From a candidate division WWE3 bacterium CSP1-7 (lineage in GTDB: Bacteria; Patescibacteriota; WWE3; 9FT-COMBO-53-11): DNA of 35,968 bases. Where the stretch lies: assembly GCA_001443395.1 (NCBI GenBank), contig LDXK01000005.1, positions 1 through 35,968 of the forward strand, read 5' to 3'. Of the stretch, positions 24,419-33,812 are shown piece by piece; position 1 is the stretch's first letter; each line of letters begins with the position of its first letter. The position numbers were made by a program, and so were the translations under genes. The notes beneath the pieces are model-generated. The model was not told the origin of the DNA, made no database searches, and saw only the letters and a program-made list of their open reading frames with translations.

Positions 24419-25998
24419 TCTTCCAGTGATGCCAATCGAACCGGCCCTTTCGATTCTCTCTCTTTCAGTTGGATCGCGCGGCGATAAAGATCGGCGTAGT
24501 GGCGGGCGGCTGCTTTCCAGGAAAAGTCCGCCTGCATCGCCCGTTTCACCAGTCCCTCCCAGACCTTGGGGTGGTGAAAGTTTTCGTAGGCTCGAACCAG
24601 CGCCCCGTACAGCGCCCAGGGGGTGTACTCGCCGAAAACAAATCCCGTCCCGGTCTCTCCAGAGATATCCAAATCGGTGACGCTGTCGGCGAGACCACCG
24701 GTCTTACGAACGATCGGCAAGCAACCGTAGCGCATCGCCTCCAGCTGAGTCAGTCCCGCCGGCTCGAAGCGGGAAGGAATCGTCAAAACGTCCGCGCCCG
24801 CGTAGACCAACCTCGGTAGAGTGAAGTTCAGCATCAGGTGCGATCCAATCTGTTTCGGAAAACGCTTCTGCAGATCGCGGAAACCCGACACGTACTTTTC
24901 CTCGCCCCCGCCCACGACGATGAACTGGACATCGAGTTCCGAAAGAAAGGAAGGCAAAGCCTCCAAAAGAATATCGAGACCCTTCTGCTCGGTCAGCCGC
25001 GAGACCATCCCGATCACAAAATGCTGCTCCCCCTCCGGAAGACCGAACTCCTTTTGGAGGGCTCTCTTGTTGATGACTCTACGATCTATCGTATGGAAAT
25101 TGTATGGTTTGGGAACGAGAGGATCGGTTTCGGGGTCGTAGTCTTCGTAGTCCAGGCCGTTGGTAATTCCGAACAACTTCGAACGCACCTCCATCAAGAG
25201 ACGGTCTAATCCTTCCCCATATTCGGGGGTGAGAATCTCGCGAGCGTAGGACTCGGAGACGGTGTTGACCGCATCGGCGTAGATGATCCCCCGCTTCATG
25301 AAGTTTTGTTTCTTGAGCTGGTCGGAAAAAAGTGACACGATCCGTGATTTCCCATCATCAAAATCAAGTTCGGAGACCTGGCGGTGATCGAACATCCCCT
25401 GGTAGAAGAGGTTGTGAATCGTAAAAACGCTCGCGATCCCGTGAAGATCGGGACTCTTAGCATAGACTGTCTTGAGAAAGTTGGGAACGGATCCGGTTTG
25501 CCAATCGTGGGCGTGGATTACCTGCGGCTTCCATTCGAAGTGACGGAGAAACTCCAACGCGGCGCGGGCGAGAAGGGTAAATCGGACCGGATCATCAGAG
25601 TAGCCATAGACGTTGGCGCGCTGCTCGTAGTATTCCATGTTCTCCAGAAAATAGGTTCGAACGCCGTCCTCGCTCATGTGAGTTTTGACGTTGCAGACCA
25701 GTTCTTTCGGTCCGTCGCCTTCGGCGTCGGTGTAGACCTTGAGCCCCTCCACCACCATCTCCAAAGGGTACTTCTCTTCGTCAATGAAGCCATACTTGGG
25801 CATAAAGATCCGGATATCGTGGCCCATCTTGACCAACTCCCGCGCCAGATAGGCCCCCACCCGGGAAACTCCTCCGACCGAAGCGTAGGGAAAAACCTCC
25901 GGCAGAACCATCATCACTCGGAGGGAGGCGCCGGGATGACTCAACGGGATAAGTTTTGTCAACGGCTCCAGAAACGTGGTCGTTTTGATGTCCGACAT
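24415..25998 (-). CDS. glgA: Glycogen/starch synthase (GT5)
   Basis: HAHDWQT, FTIHNL.YQG, NTVS..YA.EI, GITNGLD, SRLTEQKG, PSRFEP.GL, RKTGGLADSV; probable start ATG 25998. Confidence 0.92.
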   Translation of the reverse strand: MSDIKTTTFLEPLTKLIPLSHPGASLRVMMVLPEVFPYASVGGVSRVGAYLARELVKMGHDIRIFMPKYGFIDEEKYPLEMVVEGLKVYTDAEGDGPKELVCNVKTHMSEDGVRTYFLENMEYYEQRANVYGYSDDPVRFTLLARAALEFLRHFEWKPQVIHAHDWQTGSVPNFLKTVYAKSPDLHGIASVFTIHNLFYQGMFDHRQVSELDFDDGKSRIVSLFSDQLKKQNFMKRGIIYADAVNTVSESYAREILTPEYGEGLDRLLMEVRSKLFGITNGLDYEDYDPETDPLVPKPYNFHTIDRRVINKRALQKEFGLPEGEQHFVIGMVSRLTEQKGLDILLEALPSFLSELDVQFIVVGGGEEKYVSGFRDLQKRFPKQIGSHLMLNFTLPRLVYAGADVLTIPSRFEPAGLTQLEAMRYGCLPIVRKTGGLADSVTDLDISGETGTGFVFGEYTPWALYGALVRAYENFHHPKVWEGLVKRAMQADFSWKAAARHYADLYRRAIQLKERESKGPVRLASLEE

Positions 25999-26025
25999 AA
26001 CGAAAATATTATCGCATAACAAGGG

Positions 26026-26053
26026 GTTAACAGTTCACGGTTGACAGTTAACG
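26026..26053 (+). repeat. Heptamer tandem array (4 units)
   Basis: gttaaca gttcacg gttgaca gttaacg. Confidence 0.7.
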
Positions 26054-26431
26054 GTAGGAAACGCCGGATCGCGCGCAGGGCAATGATTTTGAGGAACATC
26101 CCGCAGGAGCGGGGGCGACGAGGGAGAAGCGGCTCGACCGCAGGCGAGAACGGTGTTTCCGAAAAAGCATTGGCCGAGCGGCTGAAAGAACAGAGAAAGG
26201 CCTCGAACGGGCGAAGTTCCGCATTCGAGGCCTTGAGGGCAGAAACGAACGATCTGGGCAGATTCTGATCAGCGACAGATAACCTCCCGACATAGGACGG
26301 GAAAAGAGCGTCGCAGAACTATTCACTTTTGAAACGTGCCAACGAAGAATCAGCTCCTTCCTCTACAGGAACGGTAGCAAAATCCAAATGCCCAAGTCAA
26401 GCCCGTAGTATTTCTTCACTTTTCACAAAAA

Positions 26432-26457
26432 GCTAGGTTCGGCAAGCCAAACCGTCC
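26432..26457 (+). repeat. Hairpin element, beta module
   Basis: GCTA-GGTTCGGC-aa-GCCAAACC-GTCC. Confidence 0.75.
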
Positions 26458-26534
26458 TTTACAACCCTATAGTTATGAGTTATAATTACGGTTATCTAAA
26501 AAGCCGGCGGCGGCAAAGCCGCAAAGGAGAGAGC

Positions 26535-27077
26535 ATGAAATCCTGTCCGTTCTGCGCCGAGGAGATCCAGGACGCCGCTGTTGTTTGCAGACACTGTGGC
26601 CGGGAGCTTGTTCCCCAGACGACTCCTGAAAAGGAGGCGCTCGCCAAGAGCGCAGGCGTGCTGGAGCAGTCCATCCTGAACTACACGAACGTCGGCTGGA
26701 TGCTGGTGAGTCGGACCGATCGAATGGCCCAGCTCAAGAAACCCAAGAAGTTCAACTGGGGCTGGTTCCTCTGGTGGCTCCTGATCGGTATGATCGCCTT
26801 CGCCCTGCCGGTCATCCTCTACCTGATCTACTACGCGGCCAAGAAGGACGAGCTCGTCACTCTTTCGATCAATGACGCCGGCGAGCTGCTGGTCAACGGG
26901 GGGAAGCCGGCAACGGCGGCGATCACCAACACCGTGTCAGCTCCACTGCCGAGCCCTGAGCAGGTCGCCAAGAATCGGCGAACGCTCCTGATAGTGCTCG
27001 GCGTCCTGGCCATAGTGTTCGTAGTTCTGCCGACGGCCTGCGCCATCTTCGGTGCCATCGCCAACAGCTTCAATTAG
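26535..27077 (+). CDS. Zinc-ribbon domain membrane protein
   Basis: CPFCAEEI...CRHCG, hydrophobic segments; SD aaaggag before ATG 26535. Confidence 0.85.
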   Translation: MKSCPFCAEEIQDAAVVCRHCGRELVPQTTPEKEALAKSAGVLEQSILNYTNVGWMLVSRTDRMAQLKKPKKFNWGWFLWWLLIGMIAFALPVILYLIYYAAKKDELVTLSINDAGELLVNGGKPATAAITNTVSAPLPSPEQVAKNRRTLLIVLGVLAIVFVVLPTACAIFGAIANSFN

Positions 27078-27085
27078 CTGAAGGC

Positions 27086-27118
27086 AGCCCCGATGCTAAC
27101 AAGCAACGGGGCTTTTTT
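27086..27118 (+). terminator. Intrinsic terminator
   Basis: agccccg/cggggct stem plus T tract. Confidence 0.75.
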
Positions 27119-27185
27119 ATTAGTAATTACCTGCTATACTATAGGGTTAGAAAACAAACTATCCGCCTGGGGCGGGGAAGGAGAA

Positions 27186-27404
27186 ATGCTGATGAGGATA
27201 TCGGTAAGAGCGCTCTTCTATGGTGTTCTGCTCTACCTCGCCTTTGAAGCCTGGGTAGAATTCCTCTTCGTCTTGGAAACGGCCAACCAGAATCTGTATC
27301 TGACAATCCTGGGAGTGACCCCGTGGGTGATGTTTGTAGCGGTACTGATGATCGCGGTGCTGGTAGTGATCGTCCCCTGGGATTGGTTGGAGGAAGGGAT
27401 GTAG
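27186..27404 (+). CDS. Small two-TM membrane protein
   Basis: SD gaaggag before ATG 27186; own -10 and terminator. Confidence 0.7.
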   Translation: MLMRISVRALFYGVLLYLAFEAWVEFLFVLETANQNLYLTILGVTPWVMFVAVLMIAVLVVIVPWDWLEEGM

Positions 27405-27406
27405 AT

Positions 27407-27444
27407 AAGCCGATCGCGCGTCAAACGCCGATCGGCTTTTTTTT
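27407..27444 (+). terminator. Intrinsic terminator
   Basis: aagccgatcg/cgatcggctt stem plus T tract. Confidence 0.75.
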
Positions 27445-27530
27445 GCGCCTCCCCCTCTTTGTTGCCATAAATTTGGATGCTAAGGGATAGTTTCTGCAAA
27501 CCAGAGATCAAAGTAACAAAATTATCTCTT

Positions 27531-27550
27531 ATAGTATACTATATATAGTA
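27531..27550. repeat. 20-bp AT-rich palindromic box, copy 1
   Basis: atagtatactatatatagta, identical to 33813-33832. Confidence 0.8.
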
Positions 27551-27651
27551 TAACAAAACATTTTCACACTTTTGCGGTTTCTCTTCCAGTCTGATACACT
27601 ATAGGTATAACCTAAAATTACAGTCGCCTGAGGCGACAAGGAGAGATTTCG

Positions 27652-28494
27652 ATGAATGCCAAGCTGATGTTTGCCCTGGTTCTTGCGTTTGCGCTGGCCG
27701 GGTGCAACGGGACGGTTCCGCCGGTCACGGCCGAACCCACCGCGGTAATCCCGACGGAGGTTCCCCCGACCGCAGTTCCCTCCCCGACTCCCACTCTTGA
27801 GCCGACGACGATCCCGACCGAGGTCCCGCCTACCCCGACCTTGGAACCGTCCCCCACTCCCACGGTGACACCGATTCCGTCGGTCTGGGAGATTGCTGAG
27901 AAGATGTTAGCGGAGTGCTCTCTAGTTTTTGACATGACACAGACGCCCCCATCTTGGATGAGAGCGGACTTCTCCTACGGCGAAGCGTCCCGGTGGTATA
28001 TCGAGGAGTTTTTCTGGCGCCAATGGTGGCGGGGAAATCCTACCCCCAGCCCAGACGAATATCCAACGACCGCTGGCCCGAACACGTTCTCGCCAACCTT
28101 GGCTCCTTTGGGAGAGTACGAGCTGGAGATCGCGGTTCAGATTATCGCCGTCCATCCGGAATTCGTCCAGGTAGGCCCAAGGGGATTGCGACTTTGGAGT
28201 TTCGCAATCGGTACCCAGATGTTGCGCAACAACGGCAAGTACCACAATCCCTTCGGCGAGGTCGACCAGCTCTTTGTTACAGCACCTTCCGGAGATTTCT
28301 TGCCGGACGAATACGAGAACAGCTTTTGCCCGTTCTCCTTTCTCTTCACCGAGTTTCCGCCGGAGGAGAACGGAGATGGGGATGGAATTCTTGTTGGGAG
28401 GGCCTATCTCTTCTACGAGGTAGGTGGGACCGATCCTTTCAAGCTCGATGGCGAGTTGCGTGAAGTCATCTTTACCTTCCCGCCCGTTCCGTAA
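27652..28494 (+). CDS. Putative lipoprotein with a Pro/Thr linker (paralog 1)
   Basis: LAGC lipobox, PT-rich repeats, C-terminus shared with 29190-29861; SD aaggag. Confidence 0.85.
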   Translation: MNAKLMFALVLAFALAGCNGTVPPVTAEPTAVIPTEVPPTAVPSPTPTLEPTTIPTEVPPTPTLEPSPTPTVTPIPSVWEIAEKMLAECSLVFDMTQTPPSWMRADFSYGEASRWYIEEFFWRQWWRGNPTPSPDEYPTTAGPNTFSPTLAPLGEYELEIAVQIIAVHPEFVQVGPRGLRLWSFAIGTQMLRNNGKYHNPFGEVDQLFVTAPSGDFLPDEYENSFCPFSFLFTEFPPEENGDGDGILVGRAYLFYEVGGTDPFKLDGELREVIFTFPPVP

Positions 28495-28501
28495 GTTCGT
28501 G

Positions 28502-28537
28502 AGCCGCTCAGCTTTCTCAAGCCGAGCGGCTTTTTTT
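28502..28537 (+). terminator. Intrinsic terminator (duplicated at 29872-29906)
   Basis: agccgctc/gagcggct stem plus T tract. Confidence 0.75.
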
Positions 28538-28553
28538 GTTACCATCAAATTGA

Positions 28554-29093
28554 ATGCTGAAAAGAATTCTCAAAAGCTGGAAATTTTGGCTAGTCGTTCT
28601 TATCTTGACCGCCGCCGCTTATTTTTATTTCAACGGAACAATCGACAGATGGATTTCTCAAATACAGATTCGCTTAGGAAAAGAACTCACTTTCGACGAA
28701 GCCCTGCAAAACCAAGCCACCAAGGATTGGGATTTTGAAACTGATCAAGTTACCGCCAACGTGATCGGCACCGATCCTGAAAAAGAAACCCTAACACTTT
28801 CTTTCGTCTGGCCACCTGGATTTCTCAATTTGGTTTTTGGATCGGAGAGACCGGTACCAGAAAAAACCGTTAAAATCACCTGTCCTAAAGAGGAAAGTGA
28901 CCTGTATGCCACCCGCGTACCTAAGGACCAACAAGACCCCAGCCCAATGGAAACAGAACTTCTTGAAAGCGGCATTAATATTGTTAGCACCGCTCAATCC
29001 GGTGACTCACTCATTGGATTCTGCAACAATCAAGACTGTGCGGAAATCAGCCGCGGATGTGAGTTGCGGCAAACAATCCTTGTGGAAGAATAG
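28554..29093 (+). CDS. Membrane-anchored hypothetical protein
   Basis: N-terminal TM segment, four Cys, long ORF between two terminator/promoter units. Confidence 0.75.
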   Translation: MLKRILKSWKFWLVVLILTAAAYFYFNGTIDRWISQIQIRLGKELTFDEALQNQATKDWDFETDQVTANVIGTDPEKETLTLSFVWPPGFLNLVFGSERPVPEKTVKITCPKEESDLYATRVPKDQQDPSPMETELLESGINIVSTAQSGDSLIGFCNNQDCAEISRGCELRQTILVEE

Positions 29094-29189
29094 ATTTTTC
29101 TAAATTTAAACTTGATTTTTCCCGTTTTTTCTGTTATCCTATAGCTATAACCTAAACTATATCCCCCAAGGGGGAGAGGAGAGATCGAG

Positions 29190-29861
29190 ATGAACCGCAA
29201 GCTGATCTTCACCCTGTTCGCGCTTGTTTTGACCGGGCTACTGACGGCCTGCAATGGGACGGTTCCGGTGACGGTCGAATCCACCGCGGTGATCCCGACG
29301 GAGGTTCTCCCGACCGCAGTTCCCTTCCCGACTCCCACTCTTGAGCCGACGACGATCCCGACGGAGGTTCCTACTCCTACAGCCACGCCAGATCCGGTGA
29401 TGGCGATCGTTTGGGATATTGCCCAGCAGATGCTGGCGGAGTGCACCGGGGCGTACACCATCTATGATTTTAAGCCTGAGTACTCGATAGAAGCTCAGCA
29501 GGCTTACATGGATCAACTGTGGACACGCGTCTCGGAGCACCCTGAGATCTGGAGAGAGGTGGGTGGGGGTTCTTCCCAGGTAGTGTCTTTACTCTCCGAA
29601 ACATGGGTGCTTGCCAACGATGGCGTGAATCCCAACCCGTTCGCTCTGGCAGAGGACCGAAGCGAATCACCGTCTGATTCCGAGATGATGTTCTGCGAAG
29701 GGTATGTTCTGACCTACGACGGAACAATCGCAGAAAACAAGGACGGGGACGGCATCTTGGTCGGAGAAGCCTACCTCTTCTATGAGGTCGGTGGAACCCA
29801 ACCGTACGTGCTGGATGGGGAGCTGAAGGAAGTCATCTTTACCTTCCCGCCCGTTCCGTAG
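29190..29861 (+). CDS. Putative lipoprotein with a Pro/Thr linker (paralog 2)
   Basis: LTAC lipobox, PT-rich linker nearly identical in DNA to paralog 1, same EVIFTFPPVP end. Confidence 0.85.
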   Translation: MNRKLIFTLFALVLTGLLTACNGTVPVTVESTAVIPTEVLPTAVPFPTPTLEPTTIPTEVPTPTATPDPVMAIVWDIAQQMLAECTGAYTIYDFKPEYSIEAQQAYMDQLWTRVSEHPEIWREVGGGSSQVVSLLSETWVLANDGVNPNPFALAEDRSESPSDSEMMFCEGYVLTYDGTIAENKDGDGILVGEAYLFYEVGGTQPYVLDGELKEVIFTFPPVP

Positions 29862-29871
29862 TGTGTTAGTG

Positions 29872-29906
29872 AGCCGCTCAGCTACCAAGCCGAGCGGCTT
29901 TTTTTT
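29872..29906 (+). terminator. Intrinsic terminator
   Basis: agccgctc/gagcggct stem plus T tract. Confidence 0.75.
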
Positions 29907-29941
29907 GCACCAGCAAAACTAGGTTCGCGGAGCGATCCGTC
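29903..29941 (+). repeat. Hairpin element, alpha+beta modules
   Basis: ttttgc-acca-gcaaaa-CTA-GGTTCGC-gga-GCGATCC-GTC. Confidence 0.8.
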
Positions 29942-29985
29942 TTTTGCTTGCTCTCACTTACTTCAGCTATATTGATACTGAATAA

Positions 29986-32109
29986 ATGTCCCGATTATCC
30001 TTGCCGAAAATCATCCGGATTTTGTCTCTCTTTGCAATTACTCTTTTCATCACATTTCTTTCGCAAAGCAAACCATCCACTACTTACGCTGCCACATGTT
30101 ATTCGGGGGAATGCAAATCTCCCAAGTACGCTTGTCAGAACAACACAATGTGTTGCACCGGCGGGGGGTGTCCAAGCTGGGTTTGCGTACAAAACAACTG
30201 CAAGTTCAAGATCGGAAACGGGTGCTACGGACCGGAGTATTGTGTGGCATGGGGCAACGTTTATTGGGACTCAACATGCACTCAATATTGGGACTCAACC
30301 TGTACATGGCACAACGGATATTACCATCGACACTGTCCTACTTGTAACGTCCACTATCATGCCGGGTATTGGACCGGCTGTTATAAATGGAACGGTTGTT
30401 GGAAACGAGATTGTATAGATAAGACCCGCGACCGTTGCGGCGATGTTTACAACACCGGAGGAACCTGCGGCTGGTGCACCGGCAATCCCCCCGATGATGG
30501 CGGGGGTCCCGGCGGCGGCTGCAGTTGGGGAGCCAACGTCGCTTCCGGCAGCTGCACTCAAGCCAATGGGTTGGAAGGAAACTACTATCGTGACAACCCC
30601 GTCGGGGAACCGCGCTTCGACGGCGGACTAAAGATGCAGCGCAACGATTCCACCGTCGACTTCGACTGGGGCTCCGGTTCTCCCCAGTGCACTCCAGTTG
30701 ACAACGACAACTTTTCGGTTAACTGGACCGGCTATGTCAGCATTCCTGCCAGCGGGACTTGGACCTTTTACATCCGGAGCAATGATGGAATGATGGTAGA
30801 CGTTGAAACCACTCCCGGCAACTGGAACACCATTGTTACCGATTGGTCCGATCACAGCGCCCGCGAGCGCTCCGGTACCGTGGCTCTTAACTCCGGCTGG
30901 TATGGCATCCGCGTTTGGTACTACGATAACAACGGCAACGCCGAAGCCAAACTCTCCTACTCCGGTCCGGGTTTAGCCAAAACGATCATTCCTTCGGCGA
31001 ATATGCGGACCTGCACGGTCCCGACCAGTACGGTGCAGGGATCGAAGGTCCTGATGCCCGGCAACACGCCGGCCGCCCCCGCCTCCGGACAGAGCGTTTT
31101 TCTGGACGGCGGCTCGGAAACCACCAGCAATCCTTACTCCCTAACCAGCACCGCCGGCAGCCACACGGTCTCCGTGACCGCTCCGGGCGGATACTTCGTT
31201 CAATCCACTCTCTGCTACAACCGAACCGATTGCCACACCACCGCTTGCGTGAACGGCGACGCGAGTTGTCCGGTCGCGGGTGCCGTCTCCAACGGCAACT
31301 CTCGGTCAGTCAACGTTCCTTCGGAAGGATACGCCGATCTCAATTGGCACTACACCCTGATAAACTCTTGGGTCCAGGCGCTGGGAGGAAACATCTTCGC
31401 CAACCACTTGGTGGGATTACGGACTGCTCCCACCGGTTTGTTCAACGCCCGCTGGGGAATCTTTGGGCGGGGTTCGGTCACCGGTTCTTCCCAGGAGAAC
31501 TGGCGCGCCCAATACTATCCCGAAAGAAATTTTGATCTGACTCAAAACACGCCGGTCAAAGCTCCGGATTACGATACGCTCTTTAAACGGTTTGGGGGCG
31601 GGGCCGCCACTTACTCCGGCCCGACTCTCCCCAACGCCGACGGGGTTTATCTCATTTCCGGCAATAAAACCGTCAACGGAGTCTTCAACCAGGCGGCCGG
31701 AGCGAGCACCCTGGTCTTCGTCGATGGAAATCTGACGATCGACGCCGAGATTCGGACAGCGGTGAACGGCACGCTGGCTTTCATCGTTTCCGGAAACATC
31801 AACTTCTCGAAGGACTTTGCGGGAGGCGGGCCGGCCGATGACTTCGCGGGAGGGGTATACATTGCCGAGGGTCGGATCAACACCGCCTATGACAAGTCCG
31901 CTCCTGACGAAGTTACTCGTCAGTTGGTTGTGGAAGGAGCACTGATCTCACTGAAAGACACCATCTCTCTCGACCGGAACCTCTCTCTGGCCGACAACAC
32001 CACCACCCCCGCCGAAAAGATCGATCTCACCGGCAAATACTACGTTCTCCTGAAATCGGTCCTCGGCCGGCCGAAGTTCTTCTACCGAGAGGTACCGGCC
32101 GGGTTCTGA
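29986..32109 (+). CDS. Secreted protein: Cys-rich N-terminus, PA14 domain, beta-rich C-terminal domain
   Basis: Signal/TM; GLEGNYY...VDFDWGSGSP...DNFSVNWTGY...SNDG...Y.IRVWYY PA14 pattern; LVFVDGNLTI...FIVSGNI...LVVEGALI tail. Confidence 0.85.
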   Translation: MSRLSLPKIIRILSLFAITLFITFLSQSKPSTTYAATCYSGECKSPKYACQNNTMCCTGGGCPSWVCVQNNCKFKIGNGCYGPEYCVAWGNVYWDSTCTQYWDSTCTWHNGYYHRHCPTCNVHYHAGYWTGCYKWNGCWKRDCIDKTRDRCGDVYNTGGTCGWCTGNPPDDGGGPGGGCSWGANVASGSCTQANGLEGNYYRDNPVGEPRFDGGLKMQRNDSTVDFDWGSGSPQCTPVDNDNFSVNWTGYVSIPASGTWTFYIRSNDGMMVDVETTPGNWNTIVTDWSDHSARERSGTVALNSGWYGIRVWYYDNNGNAEAKLSYSGPGLAKTIIPSANMRTCTVPTSTVQGSKVLMPGNTPAAPASGQSVFLDGGSETTSNPYSLTSTAGSHTVSVTAPGGYFVQSTLCYNRTDCHTTACVNGDASCPVAGAVSNGNSRSVNVPSEGYADLNWHYTLINSWVQALGGNIFANHLVGLRTAPTGLFNARWGIFGRGSVTGSSQENWRAQYYPERNFDLTQNTPVKAPDYDTLFKRFGGGAATYSGPTLPNADGVYLISGNKTVNGVFNQAAGASTLVFVDGNLTIDAEIRTAVNGTLAFIVSGNINFSKDFAGGGPADDFAGGVYIAEGRINTAYDKSAPDEVTRQLVVEGALISLKDTISLDRNLSLADNTTTPAEKIDLTGKYYVLLKSVLGRPKFFYREVPAGF

Positions 32110-32127
32110 TTTTGCCATAATACTTCC

Positions 32128-33777
32128 GTGAGTCCAAAGGTTGCCTATATCAGCTCCGAATTCGCCCTCTCCGACGAACTGCCGACCTACGCCGGCGGGT
32201 TGGGAATTCTCGCCGCCGATCTGCTCTACCAAGCCGCCGAAAGCCAATTTCCTCTCTGCGGCATCAGCGTTTTCTTCCACGAAGGATTCTTCCAGCAAAA
32301 GGTTGGTCCGGAAGGGAAGCAGGAACACTTCTATGACCGGATCGATCCGCTGAAGGCCGGGCTGGTGGACACCGGCCAGTCGGTCAGAATCCCCCTCACC
32401 GACCACGAAATCACCCTCAAAATATGGAGAAAAGATGTTTCCCCCACCAATAAACCAAACAACCAGTCAACCAGCCCACTGTACCTTCTCGATGCCGATA
32501 TTCCCGAAAACACTCCCGAAGACCGCAAGTTCACCGACCGGCTCTACGAACGGGTCTGGGCCCCCCACCTGATCGACGACCTGGTGCTGGGAGTCGGCAG
32601 CGTCCGCGCCGCCCGCAAGCTGGGGCTACCGATCAAGGTCTGGCACATCAACGACGACCACGGCACCTTCAACATCATGGAACGGCTCCGCGAATATCTG
32701 GAGAAAGGTCTTTCATTTCCGGAGGCAAGAGAAAGAGTAAAAGCGGAAACCATTTTCACCACTCACACTCCCGTCGCCGGCGCGGAGAGCAAGTTCAGCC
32801 GGGAAGAGATCTCCTTTACCATGAACGCCCTCTTCAACGGTCTGGATGTGGACCCGGAAGAGATCTGGAACCTCGGCAAAAGAGAATGGGAAGGAGAAGA
32901 AGTTTTCTCGCTGACCGTTTTTGCAATGCGCCACGCCCGGGCCATCAACGCCGTTAGCCGAAAGCACTTCGATATCTCCAGAGAACTATGGAAATTCGTC
33001 AACGGGGAGATCCCCACCGCCTACGTCACCAACGCCGTTTACGCCCCCCGCTGGACCGCGAAGGAGCTTGGGAAAGTTTCAGCTGAATCGACCGACAAAG
33101 AAATCCGGGAGGCCAAATTACAAGCCAAGAAAAGCGCTGCTGAGACGCTCGGACATCTCGCCTACGACAAGCGCCGCTTTGATCCGAAAGCGCTGGTTTT
33201 GGTCTGGGCAAGGCGCTTCACCGAGTACAAACAGCCCGCCCTTTTGGTCTCTGATTTGGACCGGCTCGTTAAGGTTCTCATCAGCAACGATAAGCCAGTG
33301 TATCTACTTATGAGCGGAAAGGCCCACCCCGAAGATCCGCAGGGACGGAGCTTCGTCAAGCAGGTGATCGACGCCAGCCGCGACCCGCGGTTGGAGGGAC
33401 ACCTGATCTATTTCCCCAACTACAGCCTGTCGTTGGCGAAAGAACTTTTTGCCGCCGCTGATGTCTGGCTGAACACGCCAAAAGTGGGATGGGAAGCCAG
33501 CGGCACCAGCGGGATGAAGGCCGTCTTTAACGGTGCTCTGAACGCCTCCAGCCCCGACGGCTGGTGGGCGGAGGGATTTAATGGAAAAAACGGCTGGGAG
33601 ATCGATCCTCCCGATGCCGAGAACGTCTACGGCCTCCTGGAGAAAGAGATTGTCCCTATTTTCTACGACCAGAAAGAGAAGTGGGCGGCGATGGTCAAGG
33701 AATCCCTCCGGTCCTGCGGCCCGCGGTTCAACACCCCCCGCATGCTCGAGGACTACCGCAAACTCTACAAAATATAG
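32128..33777 (+). CDS. glgP: Alpha-glucan (glycogen) phosphorylase
   Basis: YAGGLGILAAD, FTTHTPV, ARRFTEYK, GKAHP.D, DVWLNTP, EASGTSGMKA, DGWW.E. Confidence 0.93.
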   Translation: MSPKVAYISSEFALSDELPTYAGGLGILAADLLYQAAESQFPLCGISVFFHEGFFQQKVGPEGKQEHFYDRIDPLKAGLVDTGQSVRIPLTDHEITLKIWRKDVSPTNKPNNQSTSPLYLLDADIPENTPEDRKFTDRLYERVWAPHLIDDLVLGVGSVRAARKLGLPIKVWHINDDHGTFNIMERLREYLEKGLSFPEARERVKAETIFTTHTPVAGAESKFSREEISFTMNALFNGLDVDPEEIWNLGKREWEGEEVFSLTVFAMRHARAINAVSRKHFDISRELWKFVNGEIPTAYVTNAVYAPRWTAKELGKVSAESTDKEIREAKLQAKKSAAETLGHLAYDKRRFDPKALVLVWARRFTEYKQPALLVSDLDRLVKVLISNDKPVYLLMSGKAHPEDPQGRSFVKQVIDASRDPRLEGHLIYFPNYSLSLAKELFAAADVWLNTPKVGWEASGTSGMKAVFNGALNASSPDGWWAEGFNGKNGWEIDPPDAENVYGLLEKEIVPIFYDQKEKWAAMVKESLRSCGPRFNTPRMLEDYRKLYKI

Positions 33778-33812
33778 AGCTTAATTTCTTTAACCTCCAA
33801 AATTTGTTTATC

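Noticed and set aside
26085-26330. RNase P RNA (gaggaaca..., cagaac...)
   Set aside because: The two candidate P4 strands do not pair and the conserved GAAAGUCC / GGCUUA sequences are absent.
26500-26530. c-di-GMP riboswitch (ggcaaagcc)
   Set aside because: Only one short hairpin; the GAAA tetraloop and second-stem architecture is not present.
14592-29861. Diversity-generating retroelement (Avd-like gene plus paralogous lipoprotein ends as TR/VR)
   Set aside because: No reverse transcriptase in the window; differences between the paralog ends are not adenine-specific and both copies are coding.
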